This document shows, in pieces, positions 48,360 through 58,928 of a DNA stretch of 64,000 nucleotides. Positions within the stretch are counted from its first letter, which is position 1. Each line of letters begins with the position of its first letter. The translations under genes and the position numbers were made by a program. Source of the stretch: Basidiobolus meristosporus CBS 931.73 (lineage: Eukaryota; Fungi; Basidiobolomycota); NCBI GenBank assembly GCA_002104905.1, contig MCFE01000054.1, forward strand, positions 1 through 64,000. The letters run 5' to 3'. The notes under the pieces are model-generated. The model had not been told where the DNA came from. It saw nothing but the letters and a program-made list of their open reading frames with translations, and searched no databases.

Positions 48360-51260
48360 ATCCAAGTCCACCTAAAAGAAAGAAAGCTAGGAATATGGCA
48401 ACAGGAAAGGAAGTTGAACCTACCAAGAGTGCAAGAAGCAGTAGCAAAGAATGGTGTATTTATTCTGGAGCTTTGCAGAATATTTGTGGTATAAAGGCAT
48501 GGTTTAGTAACTTGAAGACTAACTCACAGGCCAAAACAGTGAAGCTTACTGATTTACTCCATGTGTCTGGAATAGCCAAAAGCCTTTTCTCAGCAAGTAA
48601 AGCAACTACCTAAAGACAGAAATTTCTTTTCACAAAGCCCAACTGCTCAATTTTGAGTGAAAAAGAGCAAAACTTGGCTTTGGGCAGCAGAGCTCATAAA
48701 GCATACAAGCTACAATACAAGATCACTGTACCTAGGTATGTTGATACTGCTGAAACTGATAAAACTAGCTGTTGTGTGTGGCATAGTAGGCTATGACATA
48801 TTAGGGAACAGAAAACTAGCTGATTGGTACAAATCTGCTTGTTTTGGGCCTATACTATACAATTTATTCAAGTTGAATGTCTGTGAGGTATGTTCATATG
48901 GAAAACAACCTAGGCAATATTTTAAGAGCTCAGGAGGCATTAATGCCACCAAATATTAGCTTTTGTGCATTCACACATATGTGGGTCCATATGAACACTG
49001 TCCTTTGAAGTCAAGAGATACTTTACAATGATGATCAATGACAAGATAAGATACATCTAGGTATGCTTCTTTGAAGCATAGAATGAAGCTCTTGAGGCCT
49101 TTGAGCTCTTGAAGAACATGGCAGAAATAAAAACTGGGTGCAAATTGATGGCATTACAAAGTGACAACTGAGGGGAATACTGCTCTAAATAGTCAGCCAA
49201 GTACTGCTCAACTGCTGGAATACTGCAACATACAATTGTTTCATATTTACAACAGCAAAATGAAGTCACAGAATGTGCAAAGAGGTCTAAAGCAGAGATG
49301 GGAAGAGCTATACCACATGATGAGAGAATGGACTACAAGTTGGGAGCTGGGCCCATCTCAGCTTTATACATCAAGAATAGTTGCCCAGCAACAATGCTGT
49401 GTGATTGCCCACCCTTTGGTGCATGTACCAGCAAAAGCCTGATCTCCAGCACTTAAGGACCTTTGGCAGTAATATCATTGACCACATCCCTAACCAGAAA
49501 TGCTCAAAGTTGGTGCTAATGAGTAGAAAAGGAGTACTTCCAGGGATTTGTGAAGGAACTAATGGACATAGAGTGTATGATGGCAAAGCTCAGAGGCTTA
49601 TCAAGAGCAGGGCCCATTCATTAAGGAGAATTCAGACCTGAGAGCCACTGAAATAATTGTGTAGCCACCTGATGATGCAATTACTACTCATGAAGAAGAT
49701 ATGTACCTAATTGAGCCAGATATGGATGAAACATCTGCTAGCTTCAGATCAGAACAGATTATCCCTGTTAGGAGATGTAACAAAATAAGAAATATGCCTG
49801 GATCATGGTGGTGGACATACAATGATCATGAATAAGCTTATCTGGCCTTATGTGCAAACCTCAGAATGTGGATCAGCCAATGAAAAGTCTATATACAATC
49901 ATGTGTCAACAAGCCATGCAAGCAGAGTACCAACCCCTGATCAGGCAAAGCTGAGGCAGCTGGTTGGTATACCAGATTGGAGAAAACCAATTGTCTGTAA
50001 ATGGAACTACAAGATGGTTGATGAATATAAGGCCATATTGTATGCTAAAGACCATTCTCAGATTCAGAGGCTAGACTTAAAGGAAACATAAAGTCCAGTA
50101 GACAAATGTAACTCCATTCAGACAGTTCTAGCCCTGGCAGCAGTACACAGTGTGTATCTACACCAAATGGTGATAAAAACAGCCTTCTGCATTGAGGATT
50201 ATCAAACATATATATGTATTTGCAGTAAGCAGAAGGCTTGATGATCCCAAATGCCCCTACAAGTTAGACTGATATAGAAATATTTGTATGAACCTAAGCA
50301 GGCACCCAGGGCATGGTATAGCAAGATTAAAACCCATCTGGAAGAGATTTTGTTCACTTGTAACACTACAGAATGTTGTAAAAATTTGTAATTCCACCTA
50401 AATATTCATCTAACTTAGTCACTTAGATCATTACCCTCAAATCCTAGAGAATACTGACCAAATTCCTTGTTGGGATATACTTAGAATATTTACCCAGAAC
50501 ATGAAAATTCTCAAACTTGTCCAAACAGCCCCAAACTTTGCACACATGTTCTTGGGACCTTCCTTAGCCTATTATATGTGTTTGTAATGCCAAGACCATG
50601 TAAAAGTATAAACACTACTTTTCATTCAACAAATTATTAAGTGAAAACCACTTAATCTACTTGTCCTCCCAATCACTTCCAATATCTCTAAGACTCTTAC
50701 AACACAGAACACATAATATATGTGAAACAGCTCAACTGGGGGTAGTTAACCTTATTCTTTATGTGGACAGCATAATAAAAGCTATAAGGGTTCAGGAGGC
50801 ATGTAAACAGACAAAATCAGATCTTTTCAGCAAGTATGAGATGAAAGAACTTGGAATATTAGGTTATTTTTATGGGATTGATATCAATTTGATGCATCTA
50901 CTCGGTAGTCTGATATATTTAATGGTATCAACACATTCAGATATTGCAGCAGCAGCAGGAACAGCTAATCAATACATGCATATTCAAGGATTTGGTAACA
51001 CTGCAACAGTTGAGCACATTTCCAGATACTTACAGGGCAAAGCCTAAGGTTATAACTCAAATATACTAACTTGTGTTTACCAAGATTACCAAAGTTCTAT
51101 TTCATTAGCTGGAAATCCCACTAATCATGCCAGAGCTATGCACATAGTACACAACTCCCCCTTGTAAGGGAAGCTGTAGAGAATAACTTAGTGGACTTAG
51201 TTTACTGAGTAACTGACAAGATGGTGGCAGATATTATTGGTATAGTTTAGGAGCCAAACT
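48360..51260 (+). mobile_element. Heavily decayed Ty1/copia LTR retrotransposon (PR-IN-RT-RH order)
   Basis: Degenerate motifs in order: WCIYSGALQNIC (protease), LWHSRL*H and CEVCSYGKQ (integrase zinc finger), LQSDN*GEY, KPDLQHLRTFG, KPIVCKWNYK, LYEPKQAPRAWY, LYVDS (YVDD), KYEMKELG, GSLIYLMVSTHSDIA, NPTNHARAMHI, MVADI. Many stops and frameshifts; almost no CpG. Confidence 0.88.
50374..50704. mobile_element. Solo LTR (331 bp) nested in the copia RT region
   Basis: Terminal inverted repeats TGTTGTAA...TTACAACA, flanked by 5-bp direct repeat CAGAA (50369-50373 and 50705-50709). Confidence 0.85.
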
Positions 51261-53802
51261 TGTTATTTGCAACAGAACATTTGCTAAGCCCAAAAGTTAT
51301 TTAAGGTCCATCCATACAAGTTCTACAGGTGATGTTCAATAACATACACTACTTATATTGCCAAAGTTCCTCAAAATAGGTGTATCAACTCTGAAGGTCT
51401 CTATTGAAAAGTTAGCAAATATGCGTTGGAGATCCCTTTAGGCTAAATCCAGAGAGTCAGGATCTACATATAGGCGTAATGATGATCACTGGATGGAGGA
51501 AAAATTTTAATTGGACCAGTACAATCATCATAAATATGTTTCCGTTGCCAAAGTGAACACTACAAGGGAATATGTGCCTAAGCACGCCTACTTGTGATCA
51601 TTCTCAGATTTTCTTAATTATTTAGGTTAAATGCAAACAATATGATTGCAAAGAGCATGCAATTCCAAGGCTCATCATGTTCCAATGGTATTGCGATACG
51701 GAAATGAGCTGCTGTAGCGCAGGTTTCCTAAATACGCCTCGGTACAAGTGTCAATAGTTTCAGAACCAGAACTAGAACCTACGCCTGCGCCAGTCTTATT
51801 TTACATACGAACTCAAGGCAGTTCTGGGATTGCTCCAAAGCGACTCGAACAAACCCCTGGTGTTGTCTGTTATAAGCGCAGGGAGAAAGCGTTGGGGGTT
51901 GACCGAGATTGCGCAATGGCGGGATGAATTAACGTTAAATAAGACTCTTCAAGCATGAATGAACTACTGTCTGTAACAAGCATCCATCGACATCACCAAG
52001 AGTACAAATCAAGCCAATGGGGTCTGTTTATGGGGAATCTGATGGAGGTCCAAACGTGGTGCCCAGCTAACCAACTCACGGATCATCCAAACCAAAAGCG
52101 TCGCCTTAATCCAGCCTAATTTTCAGGGGTGCGAGAGTTAGGAGAGATTCGACCTTGAGAAATCCCATTTTGGCTATTGGCTCAAATGGTAATATTGTAG
52201 AAACCCAGCGTGTGAGGATATGCTGGATTTTACCCGAAGTTAATCTCGAATAGAGTTTCACTGATTATAAACGATAACCGGTGGGTTTCAGTCGCAACCC
52301 ATTCGAAAAACTGCCTCATTAGTCGGAAATCTCCACTGTCTTGGGAGGCAGGGATGGCTGGGTTACAACCAGATCAACCATCGGCGTCATCTCTCGGTGC
52401 TGATACAGACATGCTGGTGGCCACCGCTAATCCGCCAGCTTCAAAGCATACCCACGGTTCAACCCAATCTAATCTCGATTACCTTCGGATGAACAGCGTG
52501 ATTAGGACTATCCATCCGCAAATCCATGGCGTGGGCGCTTGATCTGGTCATTGGGCTGTCGAGTTTAACCTGTTTTCGAAGGTCGGTGATACCCCGGCCA
52601 CATCGCCTGGCCAACTATAATTTCCCCGATGCATTCTCGGGTTGCTATCAAGCACGCATCACACAAGATTATCATTTCTGACACAATTATTTGGTATGTT
52701 ACACGCTGAGACGACCAGCGGAAACCCGGCCAACTACTCTGCCAACCCAACTAGCCTTGACGCATCGAATCGACTTGAGCAGATATAGATCTACCTCGTC
52801 ACTAAACGCTAAAATTAATTGAATGCATGTATGGTATGATCTCATCTGACACAACACCGTTGATATTCCTTGCAATCCAATCCGGCCTATCATTTCTGAA
52901 GACCAGCAGCCGATTTCAACATGGGGTATCCTTTCCTTGTTCACATGATTCATTGCGTCTACCAGATGGTTAGTAGCACTGTCTACGCTCCATATATACC
53001 CGGCGTAGATTATCATCTCTGCTCTGCCATGGTGCATATGCACGATCCTGGTGGAGATCTGATGCGGGTTTCTATGGACCGTTATAGTATGGATAAGTGA
53101 GCAATGATCTAAGTCGCAGTGCGTAACCATCATACCAAATCCAATGGCGACCATATACAGCATCTCTGTAACTACTCGATGCAAGCTTATCTTCAAAGGC
53201 AAAAGCTTAATTCGAGAAGTCGCGGACATCGCACTGTCGAGCAGGATCCCGTTGTTCCCTGGCTCACCCAGTGCATGGAGACCTGCGCTTCTGAGACGTG
53301 GCCGCGAATGCATCGATGTTGAAAACCTTCAAGCAGATGTTATCATCTGTATGACTCGATCTGCCTGATATTTTGGATCTTTGCGGAGCAGATGACTCGA
53401 AAGGGAGCAAAAGCTTAGACACCTGCATCCCCTATCCAGCGCAAACGGAGTCAGTTTTCCCGTTTCAAAAAGCGCTTCTAGCGAGGCCCTACTCCAGTTA
53501 CTTGTGCCACCTTAGTCGATGCCAGTGCTTCACTACAATGGTCAATCAAGGATCAAGATATAATGGTACGATGCCACCAAGATTGGCCTTATCCGCTATT
53601 AACATTCCATCGTGACTACGCTGCTATCAGCCCAGTCGATGCTCAGCTCACGAGAACATCTTGCATCAGACGATCAAGATTTGCCTCCTCTGGGAAACTG
53701 ATATGATTCCAATATACTGCTGGAAAAAGTATGGCTGAGTATATCCTGATGTGAAACATCTCCATGGCGCATTTGTCATGCTATATCCACCAGCCTCAAC
53801 GC

Positions 53803-53809
53803 TATATAA
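53803..53809 (+). promoter_or_regulatory. TATA box of the NCS1 permease gene
   Basis: TATATAA starting 81 nt upstream of ATG 53884. Confidence 0.5.
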
Positions 53810-53883
53810 GGCCACCCCACCGAGCTTCCAAAAATCAGTAACCAATCTCACCTCACCATTACATACGCATATCACTCTTCAAT

Positions 53884-55550
53884 ATGGAAAAACTCAGAAA
53901 GTGAGTAACACTCTTCTTGTGACTAGCAAGTCCGATTTAAGTGGCTTTCCTCGACACTGACTAACCCGCCTTCTCTTCAGTCTTCTAGAAATCAAAAAGA
54001 CGAGTGGCGATGTTGAGCACGAAGGCAACCGCTATTGGAGTGAGGATATGGCCCCTCTTCCCGAGGAGAGACAGACCTGGGATCTTCTCAACTTTGTCTC
54101 GTTCTGGATCAGTGACGCCTTCAATATTCCCAAATTCTTAATGGCCGGATCGTTGGTGTCCTTGGGAATGAACTGGTGGCAGGCCTTGCTTACCTTCATG
54201 ACCGGTATGCTTGTCATCACCGTACCGATCACCTTTGCCGGTGTCACTGGCGCCAGGTACCATATCTCCTTCCCGGTAGTTGGTCGTTTAAGCTTCGGTA
54301 TGAAAGGCGCCTACATTCCTGTCTGCATGCGTTTCGTTCTTGCCTGGATTTGGTATGGTGTGAATCTCTGGCTCGGGGGTGAATGTTTGTATGTGGTCAT
54401 CTTAGCCTGCTGGCCCGGATACAACAACATCGATAAGGGCTTCTCTGACCCTGACATCCACATGAAGCAATTCATTCCTTGCATCATTTTCTGGTTGGCT
54501 AGTATCCCTGTTATTGCCCTGGGTGCCGAAAGAATCAGACCCTTGTTCATGGTCAAGGCCTTCTTCTTACCCGTTGCCGGTATTGTACTCTTCGTTTGGT
54601 CGGTGGTCAACGCCGGTGGCTTCAGCTCTGTCTTGGCTAAAGCTGGAACCAACGTAACTTCCAAACAACCTTTCTTCTGGGCTTTCTTCTCTGGCGTTAC
54701 TTCCGTCATGGGTAATATGGCCACCTTCGCTATCAACTGCCCCGATTACACCAGATACTCCAAGACTGTTAGAGCTCAAACTATCGGACAAGCCCTCACC
54801 ATTCCCTTGGGCATGTTGTTCACCGGCTTTCTCGCTGTCTTCATTTCCTCTGCCTCTATCTCCCTCTACAACGAGGCCATCTGGGATCCTATTGTGTTCA
54901 TCAGTAGAATGGACTCCAGTAGCGCTCTTAACCGTGTGCTTCAATTCGTCCTTGGTCTCGGATTCGGCTTGGCGTTGTTGGTAGTCAACTGCGCTGGTAA
55001 TGCTTTGTTCGCCGGTAACGATATTTCGTCGTTGGCCCCTCGTTACATGACTATTCGTCGGGGTAGTATTCTGTGCTCCGTTGTTGGAATCTGTATCTGC
55101 CCCTGGAAATTGCTATCTGGTGCCAGTGGGTTCCTCAATTTCTTGTCGTCCTACACCACTTTCCTTGGCCCAATTGGTGGAGTAGTGATTGCTGATTACT
55201 GGATTGTTCGTAAGAGATATGTCGTGGTTTCTGAGTTGTACAAACCTGGAGGTATCTACTGGTACAGCAACGGATTCCATATGCCCGCCATCATCGCCTT
55301 GGTGATCGGTATCATTCCCAACTTCCTTGGATTCTTGGACAAGATCGGAGTGGCTGGTATTCCTGACTTCTTCAAGAAGGTCTTCAATTTCTCATGGTTC
55401 ATCGGTTTCCTCTTGGGTGGCTTCGTATATGTTATGATCTGCAAGTATCACACCAAGAGCCGCAAGCAAATCGTTACCTCGCCCAGAATTGATCTCGAAT
55501 CACCGGTCGAAAAGAAGGACGGAACCATCACCTACGATGCTAGAGCTTAG
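53884..55550 (+). CDS. NCS1 family nucleobase/nucleoside:cation symporter (Fur4/Dal4/Fui1-like), 2 exons
   Basis: Exon 1 53884-53900 (MEKLR), intron 53901-53980 (GTGAGT...CTAAC...TTCAG), exon 2 to 55550. Motifs YHISFPVVGRLSFG, NMATFAINCPDYTRYS, AIWDPI, NCAGNALFAGND, CPWKLL, FLGPIGGVVIADYWIVRK; about 12 hydrophobic segments. Confidence 0.93.
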
Positions 55551-57589
55551 TTTCTGCCGTACATCATGTTCCCCCGCCAGTTTTACTCATCTCATTAGTT
55601 GCATATCTACCCAGTCCACTATCCCTTTATTCCCATTAGCATCACTGTCAGTTGATGGCATCCTTCCCATTCATGAGAAGTACTCCGCAATCGAATTAAA
55701 GAGGTTTTTTCACGGGAACCGTGTTCCGATCTTATTCTTTTCGGGGGTGTGGTACGGATCCGGTGAAGCATACAGTTGGCATGAGTGTGATTTCCATTTA
55801 CCTATTCCTAGACCGGTTCAAATTGAATCCTGCGACTATTCCCCGATCATGGAGGTGATGGAATACAGTTCACGCAACTGTCTTCCGCACATCCCAATGG
55901 GGATTGGGGATGTATGGCTATATCAAATGCGGTAAGTGGATCTCGGTGAACGGTGACATGTTTGTAGAATTGATTATCATCTTTTTTCCACGTACATCTG
56001 AAGCTACCATTCTGGTCTATCCTCCGACCAAATCAGGCAACGTGACCGTAGAAAAGTATCCCCTCCAATCACCAGGGTGCCAGTCTTCTGAAATCACAGA
56101 GACTATGCATGGCCATGTGCGACCTGAGCAATGAGGCAGTGAGTGGGTTTGAAGATAGAGCTCGATTTCGATGCCAATAAAAATCTTAAAAGCAACTAGG
56201 TTGAGTTAAAGTTTGTCAGTTAGATGATCAAGATTTTCGCTCACTAAGCTCACCAGTGAGCGAGTGCTGCCCAGCCACTGGAAAGATCCCCTTGGATCTT
56301 CTCTCTGCCCAACACCAGTGAGCGATGTGGTGAGTAATCTGGCTTCACTGATTTGAACGCCTTGGTGGCACATCAGCATCCTGTATACATGAGCTTGCTG
56401 GTATTGAGTTCGCTGCTCGATTGCCCTCATCAGTGGTCGGACAAAACCTGTTACGTGGAGGATCTAGCAGCGTCCAGGACACATACGATGCAACTGCATG
56501 AATGGTTCTAGTTCTGGTATGAGACATGTTACCTAGTAATATTGGGACCTGTCGACGGGAGTAGTGTACCCGATAAATGCGGTTCGATTAGGAAATGAAG
56601 CGATCTGTTCATAAGACATTGGCTGGCCAGGGGTTGGCCCCTTGTATCTGTTTATTTGTTAACCGAACGTACGAAGAGGGGGCAAGTGAACACGTTGAAG
56701 TGGGGGGCCTTGGGTCTGTCTTATCCAAGCAGGTATTAAGCATACATGTGACAATATGTCATCTCGTAATCAAATGATGAATGGAATGGCTTCGTTGACC
56801 TATTTTACCCAGGTGTTAGCTTGATTGGTCTCAGGAATGGTCCGGGTATCATCAACGGACGATCACCCTATGTGACGAAAGTTGGAAATAATTCATTTAT
56901 CTTTGGAGACATGGAAAATATTCAGTGATGAAGCCAACTTGGTGATTCGACACACATGGCGATTTAGGATGCATCTAATACCATCGTTGCATGCCGGCTC
57001 CGAAGATGGATCTCTTGGCAGTTATCCGGCCGGCCACGAGCCGTATCAATAGGAGATTCTAGGCCTTGGTAGCGTGACCCTGGGGAGTCACTATCCGAGA
57101 AACCTAGAGTAACCCTAAATGGGCTCGATTGGTGTCATCTCTCTTGGTGAAGTCGGCTTGAAATTTGATCCCACGGGCCAACATTGCTAATCCCAAATAG
57201 TTAATCCTTGATTTTCGATAAATCCATGCTCATCTTACATAGGCGTGGTGGATTTATACCCTCTTTATACCTTTCAGATATCCATTGCCAAAATAACCAA
57301 CTCAACTTAGCCTCTATAGCTGGCAGACATGTGACCTGGGCATTGTGTAGCTTTGACTTGATTGATGTTTCTGAAGGCATCCCATGATGAACACAGCAAA
57401 CAGGGACTCATTTAAACTGGTTATATTCATGTGGATATACATATAATCAAACAAGTCCATCAGTAGAAAGAAGTGACTCCTATTGGTGATTGATGTAATA
57501 TCAACTCCATCTTTTTGTCACAAGCTACCCACTCATATCAAAAAATTCAACCAAATGGGAGTATCTTGGTAGCATTAGATGAGCTTTAC

Positions 57590-57800
57590 TTCTTTTTTTC
57601 CCTACCTGTGTAATGTTGTACAAGATTTGGACATATAGCAAGGTATTGCAAAATCCAGTCACTTATGTGGCTACTGTTTAGCAATTTATTGAACATAAAC
57701 TGGTGTTTGTAATATTTCATGATTCTGTCAAAACAAGCCTGTCAAACATGCCAGAGAAGGCTCCAAGAGTATGTTAGCCATGTCTGGGGCTCTGTGGATA
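57590..57800 (+). mobile_element. Probable LINE ORF1 (gag-like zinc knuckle) relic
   Basis: Frameshifted cluster PV*CC-TRFGHIARYCK, then CGYC, then CQTC...SH, resembling the triple CCHC knuckles of non-LTR ORF1; lies within a CpG-free tract. Confidence 0.35.
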
Positions 57801-58392
57801 ACTTAATATTTTCATATCTTAGGTTCCTTAATTTTGGTGGAAGAGTTTAAGCAAACACCAACAACAATATTAGGCAATATTCAAGGTTTGATATACCTCC
57901 AGTTGTCAGACATAGACTGGTAAGGGAGGACTCAAATCTCAGATTGTATTAGATATCCTGATTCACTGGATTTTTGGCAAAGATGAAGTTTGTGTCAACT
58001 GGGTTGGTAGCTGGCTTATGGTCTCTAACATGTCCTAATACCCAACACCAGCATTGGCCCTAACCTTGAACTCCACAACAACACCATTAAAATCCTCCAT
58101 TCTGTGTTTGTCTCTGCTGTAACACCTGTTGCCCATGACTGCAGCAGGAACCCAGTAGCCTTATGCCACTTTTTGCTCACTGATTCTCATAGGTCTAGGT
58201 AGTCAGCTTGTATTGTAAGGTCCATCACCTTGTTGGCCAGTCTTTGTAACAAATCCTTGCAATATCAAAGTGCATTTCTTGAGTACTGCTCCTGAAGAAG
58301 TGCTGCAACCTCTGGGTGTGACTATTGATGTTACAAAATACCAGCATCAAGATAGTCCACTGATTTCTTAGTGTTAAAGCTTTGCCTGCCAG

Positions 58393-58913
58393 TGTTATGA
58401 AAAGACACAAGGCAGGAGGAAAAGCTAGGCACGGCAGGAAAGGACTTAGGTGTGGACCATCAAGGCAAGGCAGGATTCAAGGCAAGGCTGTTTATTCAAG
58501 ACCTGTGTTTATCAGACTGAGGAATACTTAAGGGGGGATAGGACTATATATACTTTTTGGCTATACTGATGCCAAGAGATATTAGCTAATACTGATGGGG
58601 TTGTGGGGTGAGGCACAGCAATGGTGCTGGGGATAATGACATAGATGACACGGCACTGAGACAGGATGGGGAAATGGATTGGGTCACCTGATCATGTGAC
58701 TAAGTCATGTGACCTGGTATTTCCATATATGGTACTGGACTATGAAAAATACGATGGAAAGCTTCCATGGAATGTTCCATTGTGTAACAATGGTTTGGAA
58801 TGGTCAGGAACTTTCTGGAAGGTGGTAGAAGGTTCCAGAAGGAATCTCTTAGAAATTGAGCTAGGAAGCTGAAACTTAGCATGGGTGTTCATGGTTATCA
58901 TGTGATCATGACA
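58393..58913 (-). repeat. 3' LTR (521 bp)
   Basis: Termini TGTCATGA...TCATAACA; matches 63751-64000 at 247 of 250 nt. Confidence 0.95.
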
Positions 58914-58928
58914 CTATTCTCCTCTTCC
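58914..58928 (-). promoter_or_regulatory. Polypurine tract overlapping the pol stop codon
   Basis: GGAAGAGGAGAATAG immediately precedes the TG of the 3' LTR. Confidence 0.8.

Noticed and set aside
47850-51420. LTR pair for the copia relic
   Set aside because: No similarity found between the left and right flanks, so element boundaries are approximate.
52353-52400. TPP-riboswitch look-alike upstream of the NCS1 gene (minus strand CCGAGA...TTGATCTGG-TTGTA-ACCAGC)
   Set aside because: Lacks the invariant CTGAGA, the GATAA loop and the GCG-AGG 3' strand; it is on the opposite strand, 1.5 kb from the permease and not in an intron.
52354-53615. 204-aa minus-strand ORF (52699-53313) and neighbouring short ORFs
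   Set aside because: No recognisable motifs, no consistent splice pattern and non-protein-like composition; cannot be supported as a gene.
54311-54944. 141-aa and 125-aa antisense ORFs inside the NCS1 gene
   Set aside because: Explained by strong codon bias on the sense strand, which removes antisense stops.
55489-56134. Possible RNase H remnant (EKYSAIEL...FFHGNRV)
   Set aside because: Too short and divergent, CpG content is normal here, and there are no flanking pol motifs.
58385-58392. Target-site duplication of the gypsy element
   Set aside because: The other flank is outside the window, so it cannot be assessed.
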